A DNA stretch of 63,974 nt, filler included, from Octopus bimaculoides (lineage: Eukaryota): assembly GCF_001194135.2 (NCBI RefSeq). It is 8 parts of 8 records of this genome, joined end to end, with 100 filler letters (N's around TTAATTAATTAA, not from the genome) between each part and the next. Parts side by side here need not be neighbours in the genome. Positions count along the whole stretch, not along the records: positions 1 to 20,005 come from NC_068985.1; positions 20,106 to 26,518 come from NC_068991.1; positions 26,619 to 38,565 come from NC_069003.1; 5 more parts are not named here. The stretch is one strand, 5' to 3'. Positions 13,000 to 27,612 of this stretch are shown here, in pieces. The number at the start of each line of letters is the position of its first letter. The first letter of the stretch is position 1. The notes beneath the pieces were generated by a model. It saw only the letters and a list, made by a program, of their open reading frames with translations, was not told the DNA's origin and ran no database searches. Position numbers and translations under genes: made by a program.

Positions 13000-13828
13000 T
13001 AATTCCTTTTATTGGCCACAAGGGCTAATACAAGTCAAAACACATGACGATAAACAAAGGGTTTGACAAAAAAGAAAAAAAGTCCGTGTAAATATTTGAT
13101 AACGAAAGTAAAAACTCCCAATAGGAGGAGGTGCTTTGGAGGTTACTCGTGGAAGAAACCCATAAAAGCCACGTGTGCCTGGTCAATAAGGCGAGAGCCG
13201 TTACTCCTTTTATACCTTTTTTTACAGGTGTAATATCAGAATTGCTCCATCCATACTGGCCATTTTTCCGACATTCACCCACCTTTCAACAAATACGCTA
13301 GAAGACAAAACTTCCTTCTATACTCTCACCTTCCTTTTCAAGTGGAACTTGAAAAAGTTGATGAGGCCTTGGCCAAACGGGTCCACAATACTACCTCTTT
13401 CGCTACAGCGACCAGACAAATGAAAATTCCCTTCCCCTCCTGGTTAAAGGAGGCCGGCGGGGCAATCTTCACTATGGATTTAGCTGATAGCCGGATCCGT
13501 CTTACACGCGACAGCAGCTGTTCGACATAAACCTATCAGTCAGCAATACTCGGGCACTGGACGAGTGCGTGCAGAACGGTTTCGTCGCTCTGAGCGCGTC
13601 TCGGGCAGGCCCAGCTGACGGCACTTCCATGCCTGTAAAGTTTATCCCCAACAGGCAGCGCCCCTCGGTAGCACTGTCAGGCGAGGGACTTCTGGAAGTT
13701 ATCCATAGGACCCGGCCCGAAAGTTCTCCCAAGCAGACTGCTTAGTTGATCATCGTCAACGCCTAAAGTTTTCTCGAGAACGTCGTCGCACTTTTGCTCC
13801 ATTAACCCTCTATAGAACGCTAGAGTGA
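13000..13828 (-). mobile_element. L1-clade (Tx1-like) LINE 3' fragment, zf-RVT region
   Basis: Minus frame reads TFGPGPMDNFQKSLA*QCYRGALPVGDKLYRHGSAVSWACPRRAQSDETVLHALVQCP, a zf-RVT C..C..ET..H...C pattern with stops. It ends GGCCAATAAAAGGAATT next to an (ATT)-rich tract. Confidence 0.8.
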
Positions 13829-16317
13829 GGAAAGCAGTGTGACGAAAGATGATATGTGGTCAGGGCATGTGAAAATTGATATGCAAATCTTAATGTCACT
13901 TAAAAACCAGAGCCATACCGGAAATGTTTCCAGCAGGAGGCGCCAAGACAAAAAGTATGAGACAGCTCAAGGATAAGAAAGCACGGGTGAGGTATGTTAC
14001 AAAAGAAAATACCTCCGTACCAAGGAATTCATCTAGAAAAAGGTGAGAAGTTATAATTTGCTTTTCAGAAAACTGCAGGGAGCTTCATTGTGCCTTCAAT
14101 ATTTATACAATTACAAAATTAGCTTTGGCCCTTTTGGAAAGAAACAATTAACTACTGTAGTGGAAGGGAATTAGTTACAACCTCAGATAGAATGTTTTGT
14201 GGAATTCATTCTGTTTCTCCGATAACTGCACTCTATAATATCGTTCTGCAAAGCATTTAATATTAGGCAGCCCCCTTCAAAATGGTTCCATAGAGCAAGA
14301 CGTCAAAATTAGCACACATGGATCGGGGACCTATTATACAAAGACGTGATCCTGATACAAATAGTTTCCGGGCATCGAATTTTACCACTAGGCGTGAGTA
14401 GACTCGTGTCAATGGTAGAAGATACTCAGAATGCTATGCAGGTTGATTGAATCCTGAAATTAGATAGTTGAAATACGAACTTCTTAACTAGACAGCCATG
14501 TCTTCGTTCATTTAAACCTAACTGCCTATCATAAGAAATTTCCACATCATTGTTGTATTCAGTGATTCTGGTCCGAATTTTAACTTTCAGAATCACTGAA
14601 TATTCGTTAGTATTTCAGTACCAACCGCATTTTAATTTTACTTATATTTCTTTAGATCATAATCTGGTTAATAAGCCGGTTTTTAATCTAGCTACGATAG
14701 CATTTCCTTTCTCATATTTCAAACATTCTCTGTTCTGGCTTAAATTCTATTTTTATTAGTCTGCCTGATATTTGTGTTATTTAGTGTATTCAATTGTTAA
14801 CTGTATGTGTTTTACGTTTCTCTCTGCTTGCTACTTTCTGTATAAAATTTAATTTCCTTGCAACTTGACACCATTTTTAATCGTATGTTTTCTTTACCTT
14901 TTCACTGAAGTTAGTGGTAAATTTTACATATATTCTCTTTCCAGTCGAATTAAATTTTTATTCCCCAGATATCGGCGAATGCATAATTGGTAGATGGTCA
15001 CCTTTAGAGGCTACTTATGCCTGGTTGCCTATCTATCGGTCTGTCTGCTTGCTTGTCTGTCTCTGTATGTGCATGTGCATGTATGCATGCGTGCATGTGT
15101 GTGTGTGCGCGTGCACACATATATGTATATAGATACTCTTCTCTGTCTTTCTTCTCTCGCTTTGAGAAGCAATACGTGTGTGTGCTCACAACTCCTCCCA
15201 AAATAATGACATTGATACGGTTGATATTTAGTGTTAATATCATAAAAAAATCGTAACCGGCGAGAAAATTTTGCAATGGTTGGCGTCCTAACGAAGGAGG
15301 ATTGGAGGTTGTGATTAGCCGTGGGACCTGGATAATGAGAATATTGTGTGGGTGTATAGAGGAAGAGATCAAGTAAGTCGCGTGAGTTTGAATGAAGATT
15401 ACTCAATGTGGCATGTAACTAGATAGTTCCATGGAGTCAATCTGGCATCAAACCTCACTTACGGGTCAATAAATGAATCTATATATGGTTGTTCCACTTG
15501 CTAGAAATTGCAGTTAAATATCCTTTGAATTCCAAAGTGCCATCCTCAAAGAGAACATACCATATAATGTGGTCCGTTATTCTCTATGTTTGAAAAACAG
15601 ACAGAATGTCATAGCTGTGATGCCTCTAATCATAGGCGTGTTTCTGGTTATGTAATGTGAATAATTGGTAACAAGTTTCGTGGTCCCTCCAAACAAAAAG
15701 ACGCATGCTCTACTGCGAATAATTGCAAGAGAGGGTCACTAAAAGAGCAACTTTTACCTAGCATGTTCAATTCCTCATAGTTGTCCCTGTCTCGATCTGA
15801 TTGAATTGGAACCTTGTTGGGGAACGGACATAGCATGTTTTGGATTTTTTCTGTTTGACTGCTACTTTATAATTTCTTCAATTTTTGTTCCAGTTGATTT
15901 CATATTTGGTGTATTGGTGTAGTTTTGTATGGTAGTTATTGACATGAAATTCATTTTCGCTATAACTCAATAAAGAAGGAGTTAATAGCTTTTAAAGTTT
16001 GATAATTTTGGGTAATTTTAACCAATCGAAAGCCAGACATATAGGTGTCTGTTTCCATAATAACAAGCCAAGTTGTTACCAAGCTGCCCACTCCTCTGTT
16101 GTGCTCCTGTCAAGCCACGTGCGCATTTTCGCTTAAATGCTTAAAACAGGTATCAGGTGGTCGTGAGATAAACTAAAAATAACAGCCAAATAGGTCTTAA
16201 ATCAAGCACCCTCCAATTTTGTTTTTAAGTTTCTGCATAATCGTATCAATTCCCGCTTGTAGAATACAAATTCGCAAAAACTGTCGAAAGAAAAGCATAA
16301 AGAGAGGCGAAAGAAAA

Positions 16318-16385
16318 AAAACTATCGAGAGGCGAAAGAAATGATGTCCGGCCGGATGTCATTTCTTTCGCCTCTCGATAGTTTT
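16318..16385. repeat. 68-bp near-perfect palindrome
   Basis: 27-bp perfect arms (16318-16344 / 16359-16385) around TGTCCGGCCGGATG. Confidence 0.9.
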
Positions 16386-16789
16386 CTCTTCTACTATCTA
16401 TTCGATATCCTTTCAAAATTTCTCCATTACAATTCGTCTTGTCCTAACGGCCCTTAATATTTGTCGTCGTCCATTGCTTTCTTCCGCGTGTCGACTCTGT
16501 CGTCGTTTGTTCGTTCGAAACCCTAACCCTCCACAAATTTTATATTTCAAAAATTCCTGGATGCTGCTGTCTAATGAAGTTTTCCTGTCTTATCGTTAAA
16601 AGCAAGAAACAGGGAGTAATATCACAGTCTACGACTAAGGAGCGGTTAGACATTTTGTCCGTACCTTATCTCTTGTTGTGTATGTAGGTATTTTTCACTC
16701 GTTGGTGGTGTCTTGTTCTTAATGCATATTTTTTTATTTATTTAATAATTGAACGCCACACAGCCCTTGTCAACAATAAGTTTATATAT

Positions 16790-17060
16790 ATATGGTTTAG
16801 TTCTTAGGGTGTTGCACTCACGATTGCGAGATCGTGGGTTCGATTCCCAGACCGGGCGTTGCGTTGTGTTCTTGAGCAAAGCACTTCATTTCACGTTGCT
16901 CTGGAATCATTTTGACATCTGACATGTGGCATCCAGTTGTACCTATACAGGTAATGTCGATTTGATGGAGGAAGTGAGTTTATGTCCACACAAACATTTG
17001 ATCATTATAATCAAAGTCATCTGTGTAGTTGTTCGGTACACGCATACGTCGTCTAACGAT
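16790..17060 (+). mobile_element. tRNA-derived SINE
   Basis: B-box GGTTCGATTCC at about 16837 preceded by an A-box-like segment; no cloverleaf or CCA, so not a tRNA gene. Confidence 0.7.
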
Positions 17061-18108
17061 ATGAAGAGTTTATTATTGGATATGTGTGTGTGTGAGTGTG
17101 TGTGTATGTGTGTATGTATGTATTTTCCATTCGCTTAATATTAATATAAATGAATATTACACCTGAACACAAGTGCGTTCCTGTAATACGGTTTTATGTT
17201 TGTTTACCTTAACGTCACCCGAGTTAATATAATTAAACTCCATATTGCGTACTGAGTACTTTTTCTCTTACCATTCTAAACAGCATATATATATATGTGC
17301 ATATGTGTGTGTGTGTCTGTGTGTGTGTGTGTATGGACGCACATACATATCTATACACTAAAGGCTTAAATGTTTTTTGAGAAAAGCATGAATGTCATTC
17401 AATCTCCACACTGTTTATTGTAAATCTGTGATTATGATGACCTCATGACTCACTCATAAATCAATTTATATTATCTACAGAAAGAAAGACTTTAAGGTAT
17501 AGTGCAAAAACAACAACAACAACAATAACAACGACAAAAACAAAAAGAATAGAACACAGGGCAGCGTACATATCGCAAGCTATGTTTCTCACCATTCATC
17601 TTCTATAATAAATTATCATGAAAATTTTTTTACCTCGTAATTATATTTGTATTTGTAGGAGAAAAACATAATTTGAATTCATGATAAATTTAAATAAAAG
17701 TTGAATATATGAGAACCAAAAAAAAAAAAAACCCCAAACAAACACATACATTCGAATTATGTGTATCTCTGTGCATGCATATGCATATATCTATGTAAGT
17801 GTACGTGATTGTAAGATATGTAGGCATATTCATGCACCAAAACAAGCGTGATATGTTTGTGTATATGCATATGTATAAATATGTGTCCGCGTGTCCGCGT
17901 GTCCGTGTGTCCGTATGTGTATATCTATGTATATAAATAAATATATATTAATAGATGTGTTTGTACACGTAAGTATACAACCATATACATACATCTGTGT
18001 GTGTGTGTGTGTACGTGTGTGTGTATGTGTTTTTGTTTCTCTGTGTGTGGGTATGTATAATATATTTAATGTATAAGTACGTACGTGCATATTTATATAT
18101 ATAGCTAC

Positions 18109-18206
<98 letters not shown>

Positions 18207-19583
18207 CTGTGTGTGTGTATACGCTTATATAGTGGGGGAGAGAGAGAGAGAGAAAGAGAGAGAGTAAATAGATGAATAATTAAATTTTACTGNNNNNNNN
18301 NNNNNNNNNNNNNNNNNNNNNNNNNNNNNNNNNNNNNNNNNNNNNNNNNNNNNNNNNNNNNNNNNNNNNNNNNNNNNNNNNNNNNNNNNNNNNNNNNNNN
18401 NNNNNNNNNNNNNNNNNNNNNNNNNNNNNNNNNNNNNNNNNNNNNNNNNNNNNNNNNNNNNNNNNNNNNNNNNNNNNNNNNNNNNNNNNNNNNNNNNNNN
18501 NNNNNNNNNNNNACACACACACACACACACACACACACATGCACAAAAGACATTCGTACACACAGATATACTTCACAAAGACACCGACGCGCATACGTAC
18601 ACAGACATACACACAAATATACATATAAGTATACACGCATAAGACAGAAAAGGAGAGAGTACGAGTGAGAGAGATGATTATATTAGAGTTGTGATTAGGA
18701 GATGGGTGTAGAAAATCAACTCAAAGTGGAAACAGTATATGTGTGTGAGCGCGTGTATGGGCATGTTCGAACATATGTAGGAATGTGTGTGTGTTTGCGT
18801 GTATATATATATATATGTATATATATAACCAGTTGGGTTATATATATATATATATATATATATGCAAGCAGGTGGGAGTTTTTGAATTAAACGTGGCCTG
18901 GGCCAATGCTGACCAGTACGTAAGTCAAAATTTACATAGATACGTACATATACACACAAAAAGCACGTACAGACCGATCCATATAGAAAACATACTATCA
19001 TATTTAACATGTTGCTGCACATTCGGACTTGGGAAGACAATACGCTGCACAAGTTGTCTCAGAAGTAAAAGGTCTCGTTATAGACACTAAGGGTGTAAGA
19101 ACAGCACTGGGTCATGAATGGCGTCATCCATAATGCTTGTAACGAAAATTTCGGATCTCGAAACAAATTGTGCATGTGCGAATGTACGCGAACAGGTTAA
19201 ATAAGACTGTTCATAACTATATTTTACGCAACTGAAAGAAGACCGTCTTATATATATATATATATATATAATATAATATAGGATAAATTCTTTATAAGAA
19301 TTTATCAAGTAGTCAGCGTGAAAAAACCTCATAATGAAAAAATAACGAAAAATTTCGTAATGAAAAAATTCATCGTTTCTTCACAGATATATTTAATTAT
19401 ATATAAAGGGCATTAACTGTGTATCAATGCCTCACGCTATCGAGGGACTAANNNNNNNNNNGCTTTCGGTAAATATGTTGCTTATTTTTGGTAGTTTTCT
19501 GACTTATTTAGTCCCTCGATAGCGTGAGGCATTGATACACAGTTAATGCCCTTTATATATAATTAAATATATATATATATTTT

Positions 19584-19658
<75 letters not shown>

Positions 19659-19662
19659 ATTT

Positions 19663-19862
19663 ATGTCTGTGTTTGTCCCCACCATCATTGATACCGATGT
19701 GGGTGTGTTTACGCTCCTGTAAGTTACCATTTTGGCAAAGGAGAGCGATAGAATAAGTACTAGGCTTACAAAGAATAAGTCATGGGGTCGATTTGTTCGA
19801 CTAAAGGTGGTGTTCCATCATAACCGCAGTCAAATGACTGAAACAAGTAAAAGAATAAAAGA
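19663..19862 (+). mobile_element. SINE family A, 3' half
   Basis: Same motifs as 9728-9908. Confidence 0.85.
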
Positions 19863-20049
19863 ATATATATATTCTTCGTTTTTGTATTTGGTCTATAAGA
19901 TTCTTGATGTGAATCCGTGTGTTGAAACACATTTTCTTGTATCTTGGGAGAATCTTTACTATTAGTCATAAAGACTAGCAATACACACATATATATACAT
20001 ATATANNNNNNNNNNNNNNNNNNNNNNNNNNNNNNNNNNNNNNNNNNNN

Positions 20050-20061
20050 TTAATTAATTAA
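20050..20061. other. Artificial scaffold linker TTAATTAATTAA (also 26563-26574, 38610-38621, 41335-41346, 43656-43667, 51348-51359, 62907-62918)
   Basis: The identical 12-mer with stops in all six frames sits centred in N-runs seven times. Confidence 0.95.
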
Positions 20062-20737
20062 NNNNNNNNNNNNNNNNNNNNNNNNNNNNNNNNNNNNNNN
20101 NNNNNATGTGTGTCTTTTATGCCATCAGATAAGGTACTTTAAAAAGTCGAACACGTTCATCCCAAAGAGCAAAAGAGAAAGTTGGGGAAAAAAAGGTAAG
20201 GAAATAAGAAAATAGGGGAAATAGAAGAGCAAGTAAGGAAGTGAGAAATATATACTGTAAATAGGGTGATGATAGCTTCGAAGTGCAACTTTCTGAAAAT
20301 GCCATAGCAGTTCATTTATCAAAATAGTAATATTATAGTTTGCAGCTCATTAAGCAATACAAGAAAACTTTGAGTAAAAGGGAGTAACAGAAGAGGAAAT
20401 AAAGCAAAAAAAAAAAAAAAAAGAAACGAAAAAAGAAAAGCGAAAAAGGTAGGGAGAACAGGAAAATGGGATAGAAAACTTGTTAGAAAGAGATTGGATG
20501 AGAAAGGAAAAAAAACGAAAGGAAGAAAAGTTAAGAGATAGAGAGGGAAAGAGAGTGAGTAAGAGAGGGAGAAATGAAATAGAAATAATAGGAAAAAATA
20601 TACATCGTTGAATTTCATTCTCCTTGAAAGATTGTGGAAATTCGCTTAAAGATTTCGGTTTGCATCAGTATGTACAATATAGATCTGATCTCGTATTTAT
20701 GCTGTCTTTATCTTAAGTTAACATTAGTACATTTTCT

Positions 20738-21469
20738 GGATCTATTTTAAAACGGGGGCCACAGTATTTTCTTAACGAAACACTTTGAAACTTGGAACAC
20801 TGGTAGAATGTGTCATATAAAACATATTTTTCTCTTAGTCTTCTTAAAAAAAAAAGAAATCCCTAAGTTATTCCATGTTAAAGTTGTCGTATTTCTGTAA
20901 TTTCAACCAATCACTGACGTCCATTCAGCCGATATACATTAAGTGCCGACTACATAAACAAACGATTCTGAAACAATTCTATCGGTGATAAAATTATTAT
21001 TTCCTTGTCAAAAAATGGCTGAAGCATATTGGCAGTAGCTAATAAACCTTTCTATTATAGGCTAACCCTAACCCTAACCCTAACCCTAACCCTAACCTTA
21101 GGGTTAGGGTTAGGGCTAGGGTAAAACAGCAAATTTAAAAAGAAAAAAGCAAATAAAACGAAGAAAAAAAAATGAAAAAGGCAAATTTAAAATGAAAAAA
21201 GCAAATAACACGAAGCTATGGAGATTAAATACGCTTTAAACCGCTTTATCAGCCAAAGGAGTAAATATAAACAACTGAATACTTGTCAGTGATTGGTTGA
21301 AATTATCGAAATAAGACAATTTTTTACATGAAATAAATTCGAATACAAAAATATTTTTCTGTTCTATAACACAAAATAGATAAGTATACGAAGTTTGAAA
21401 GTCTTTCGGTACCAAAAACACTACGTAAAACATTAATGAAAACTGTGGCCCCCGTTTTAAAATAGATCC
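20738..21469. mobile_element. MITE with perfect 28-bp TIRs and 8-bp TSD (Merlin-like)
   Basis: TIR GGATCTATTTTAAAACGGGGGCCACAGT at 20738-20765 with its reverse complement at 21442-21469. TSD CATTTTCT at 20730-20737 and 21470-21477. Internal 20-bp inverted repeat at 20899-20918 / 21285-21304. GG termini plus an 8-bp TSD suggest Merlin (inference). Confidence 0.85.
21062..21121. repeat. Back-to-back telomere-type repeats (CTAACC)6-(TTAGGG)3-CTAGGG
   Basis: Read directly from the sequence; lies inside the 20738-21469 MITE. Confidence 0.95.
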
Positions 21470-22546
21470 CATTTTCTGTTAAACAAACGGCAATTGAATA
21501 TATTTATGTGTTTGTAGATAAACATATATGTAAAAGCGAAAAGTGACAAAGATATTTCGTATGTAGTGTTATTAGTTTGTCTTAGTCACTAAATATATCT
21601 GGAAAGGTCTGTTGCAAATCTGTCTCGCTTAAAGTATGAGAATATATGTGAATATTAACTTGTAATTTATTCGCCGTTGTTCTGTCATAGGAATATTGTT
21701 TAAGACCGCCATATATTTATACTTGACAGCAATACACTAGAAAAATAAATAAAAAAGAAATAAATGATGAGACAGTTTCCTTTCAGCGGAGAGCAACTTG
21801 ACATCTTAACGTTACAAACACGTGTGTTGGATGGAATTGCAATTACTAAACAGACGAGTAGTTTTTTTTACAATACTAGTACACTTTAATAGAATTTCTG
21901 TCAAAAGATTTCGAAGTATCTGAGTCTTAATGAAATGAAGTGAAAACCAAATTAGGAAAAATTCCTTGCCTATATTTCTTTAAAGGTGCACAAAAAAAAG
22001 ATTACGTTTTTGTCCAATAATTTAATCTCATTCTGTAATTTTCTTCTCGCCTTTATTTCCTACTTTGCCTTTTTTTTTTCTATCTTTTCGTCCTTTAGCT
22101 ATTCGTGGTCGTCCATTTTCTTTCTCTCAGTCTCAAAGTATTTTTGTCGTCTTGCAATCGTTGCTAGACGTTTGTTGCAAACTGTAAAATTGTGGTTTTA
22201 AATGACTGAACTGCTACCGTGTGTCGCGAAAGTTAAATCACAAGATGATCCTACATCTTCCTCTCCACATGAACTAACAGCCCGACATGAGGTGTAGACG
22301 AGGGCAGCGGAATGAAACTCCCTAATGTTCCAATTGGACAGGAGTAGTGATGTGGAACACATCAGCCTGAGGAAATCAGAAAACCTATTGTGGTGCTCCA
22401 GCATGACCGAATTTGCATAGCTGAAAGGAGGAAAAGTCTAAAAATATACATGCATATATATATATATGTGCGTATACGTATGTATGTATATATATACATA
22501 CATACAAATATCCATCCATATATGTACATAAATGTGTATATATATG

Positions 22547-22581
<35 letters not shown>

Positions 22582-23065
22582 NNNNNNNNNNATAATTGCT
22601 ATGAAGCATTGTGTAGAATATATTGTATAATGGATCGTGTGTAAGGCCTGAATAATACGAAGTAAATACAAGGCAAATCACACGGAAACAAAAATATTAA
22701 TTAATGTAGACTTACGTTGTATTCAATATTTCGGGCTTATGAACCCATTTTCAAGAAATAAATGAATATTGCCGATGTGTGTGTATGTGAGCGTGTGTGG
22801 AGTGGACATGCGCGAAAGGTGTTGCTAGAGCAACCAGCTAGCTTCCTGTAACTCTCTTCTCATGTTGATCTTAGGTTTCTTTTGGTGTATGAGGATGGCT
22901 TCAGAAATTCTAAGGTTACCCTTGTCCCGCTGTGTTGCCTTGATGTGCACTGTGAATTCCCGGTAATTCACAGTGCACGTCATTCATACATACATACATA
23001 CATACATACATACATACATACATGCATACATACATACATACATACATACGTACACATATATATAT

Positions 23066-23266
23066 ATACATAATGGGAAAGGTCGGTTTATGGCATTAAC
23101 TTAGGTTTCCCGTCCATAAAAATATAGGGAAGAAAATGCATTTCCCCTTCCATATTTTTAAGAGGTATTGGACCAAAAGGTTTTGGGATCTGACGATACG
23201 CAAAACCCTTTATGGACGGTAAACCTCAGGTAATCCCATAAACAGGCCTTCCCCATTTTTAATATA
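23066..23266. mobile_element. Degenerate fold-back MITE
   Basis: Imperfect inverted termini of about 55 bp (ATGGGAAAGGTCGGTTTATGGCATT...CGTCCATAAA versus its reverse complement) in TA context. Confidence 0.6.
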
Positions 23267-23972
23267 TACCGCTCTATATCTTAGAGTGTGCTTCTTTCGG
23301 ATTTATGTTTTTTACAGGTGATATAAAAAGTAATTACACCGATGAGATTGTTGCCCTCAAGTAATGTGTTTTCATTATTTTATTATGGGTAAGAATCGAA
23401 AAATGTGTATGTAATTATATTTAATATTTATCATTCATTATATTATGTTATATTATTATAACAATATAATATAGTATTATGCTAATAAATTTAAAATTTT
23501 TACTTTTGAATTGGCCATTGTGTTACACACACACGCATATATATATATATGTATATATATCGACAGACAAATGATTATGACGAAAATGAGCTAAGTATTT
23601 CTGTTAGTAAATATTGGCATTACATATACACATATTTATATGCATACATGCACACCAAAACACATACACAATTACATACGCATACATACATACATACATA
23701 CATACATACATCCACTTAGCTGAAACCCATAAATAAATAAATAAATAAATAAATACGTACATACATATGCATGAGAACGGATATAATGGCAAAAACGCAC
23801 AATTCAACAGGCAGACAGATTCAGTGAGAGAAAAAGCATCAGATATGTTAGAGAGGTGTTATAAGTATATAAGTATATATATGTGTGTGTGTGAGTGTGC
23901 GTATATAAGTATACATGTGTGTGTGTGCGTGTGTGCGTATGTGCCTGTGTGTGCGCGTGTCTGTTCGAGTCC

Positions 23973-24015
<43 letters not shown>

Positions 24016-24931
24016 GGCAGGCTCAGTTGTAGCTTTGTTTAGACAGGACTATATCGACTCTTTCTCGTCATGTGATAAACTGCTGGAAGGGAGCAAGTAG
24101 TGTTGTTGCCTGGTAACACAGCTTCTTCCATCTATCGATATGCAGACGACAGCAGAATGTCGACGATGGACCCGATAACAGCGGCGGCNNNNNNNNNNNN
24201 NNNNNNNNNNNNNNNNNNNNNNNNNNNNNNNNNNNNNNNNNNNNNNNNNNNNNNNNNNNNNNNNNNNNNNNNNNNNNNNNNNNNNNNNNNNNNNNNNNNN
24301 NNNNNNNNNNNNNNNNNNNNNNNNNNNNNNNNNNNNNNNNNNNNNNNNNNNNNNNNNNNNNNNNNNNNNNNNNNNNNNNNNNNNNNNNNNNNNNNNNNNN
24401 NNNNNNNNNNNNNNNNNNNNNNNNNNNNNNNNNNNNNNNNNNNNNNNNNNNNNNNNNNNNNNNNNNNNNNNNNNNNNNNNNNNNNNNNNNNNNNNNNNNN
24501 NNNNNNNNNNNNNNNNNNNNNNNNNNNNNNNNNNNNNNNNNNNNNNNNNNNNNNNNNNNNNNNNNNNNNNNNNNNNNNNNNNNNNNNNNNNNNNNNNNNN
24601 NNNNNNNNNNNNNNNNNNNNNNNNNNNNNNNNNNNNNNNNNNNNNNNNNNNNNNNNNNNNNNNNNNNNNNNNNNNNNNNNNNNNNNNNNNNNNNNNNNNN
24701 NNNNNNNNNNNNNNNNNNNNNNNNNNNNNNNNNNNNNNNNNNNNNNNNNNNNNNNNNNNNNNNNNNNNNNNNNNNNNNNNNNNNNNNNNNNNNNNNNNNN
24801 NNNNNNNNNNNNNNNNNNNNNNNNNNNNNNNNNNNNNNNNNNNNNNNNNNNNNNNNNNNNNNNNNNNNNNNNNNNNNNNNNNNNNNNNNNNNNNNNNNNN
24901 NNNNNNNNNNNNNNNNNNNNNNNNNNNNNNN

Positions 24932-26518
<1,587 letters not shown>

Positions 26519-26934
26519 NNNNNNNNNNNNNNNNNNNNNNNNNNNNNNNNNNNNNNNNNNNNTTAATTAATTAANNNNNNNNNNNNNNNNNNNNNNNNNN
26601 NNNNNNNNNNNNNNNNNNTGTTTTACAGTGCTTCTCCCCTGTTTGTTGATCTTTGTGATGGTTGAAATGAAGGAACAGCATGCTTCCATGAAATTCTGTT
26701 TTCTGCTAGGGGAAAACAACAGCTGAAACAGTTTTCACGCTTCAAACAGCTTACAAGGATGCTGCCATGATCAAAACACAAGTTTACGAGTGGTTTCCTT
26801 ACTTCAGGAATGGTCACTTGAAGGAGGAAGAGGATACACAGGTGCGAACACACACACACTCACACAAGCACACACACATATATTAGGTAAAAATCACAGC
26901 TATGAATATGGTGTAAAGCATAAACAAACAATGG

Positions 26935-27075
26935 TTGTATACTTAAAGAGCTTGCTTCCCAACCATGTCAGTTTGGGTTCAGTCCCACTGCATGGAACCT
27001 GAGCAAATATTTTCTATTATAGCCAAAGCCTGGATTGAAAGATGGATGGAAACTGAAAGAAGCCAGCCATGTATG
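26935..27075 (+). mobile_element. SINE family A, 5' half
   Basis: GCTTGCTTCCCAACCATG...GGGTTCAGTCCCACTGC...GGAAACTGAAAGAAGCC. Confidence 0.75.
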
Positions 27076-27122
27076 TGTCATCATCATCATCATCATCGTT
27101 TAACGTCCGCCTTCCATGCTAA

Positions 27123-27345
27123 TACTTTTATTCTTTTACTTGTTTCAATCATTTTGACTGTGGCCATGCTGGAGCACTGCCTCTAGTCGAACAAAATTGA
27201 CCCCAGGACTTATTCTTTGTAAGACTAGTACTTATTCTATCAGTTTCTTTTGCCAAGCTGCTAAGTTATGGGGACGTAAACACACCAGTATGCCAGCATC
27301 GGTTGTCAAGCGATGGCAGAGGGATAAACACAGACACACACATAA

Positions 27346-27396
<51 letters not shown>

Positions 27397-27550
27397 ACAG
27401 GTTTCTTTCAGTTTCCATCCACCAAATCTACTCACAAGACTTTGGTCAGCCTGAGGCTATATTAGAAGACGCATGCCTAAGGTGCTATGAAGTTGAACTG
27501 AACCCAGAACCATGTGGTTGTGAAGCAAACTACTTACCACACAGTCATAC
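27123..27550 (-). mobile_element. SINE family A, near full length
   Basis: Both halves present around a TA/CA tract. Confidence 0.9.
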
Positions 27551-27562
27551 CTGTGGCTATAA

Positions 27563-27607
<45 letters not shown>

Positions 27608-27612
<5 letters not shown>

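Noticed and set aside
16790-16860. tRNA gene
   Set aside because: Only A/B-box-like motifs at a SINE head; no acceptor stem or cloverleaf. The same applies to 48590-48660.
18870-18917. Candidate exon VGVFELNVAWANADQY with a GTAAGT donor
   Set aside because: Acceptor lacks a pyrimidine tract, no partner exon or homology recognised.
19895-19935. CTTGATGTGAA...GTGTGTTGAAACACAT repeated at about 55146-55175, hammerhead-like
   Set aside because: A real dispersed repeat, but the core is not CUGANGA and stem II does not pair.
21062-21121. Ancestral telomere-telomere chromosome fusion site
   Set aside because: A fusion gives TTAGGG then CCCTAA; the order here is reversed, the array is tiny and it sits inside a MITE.
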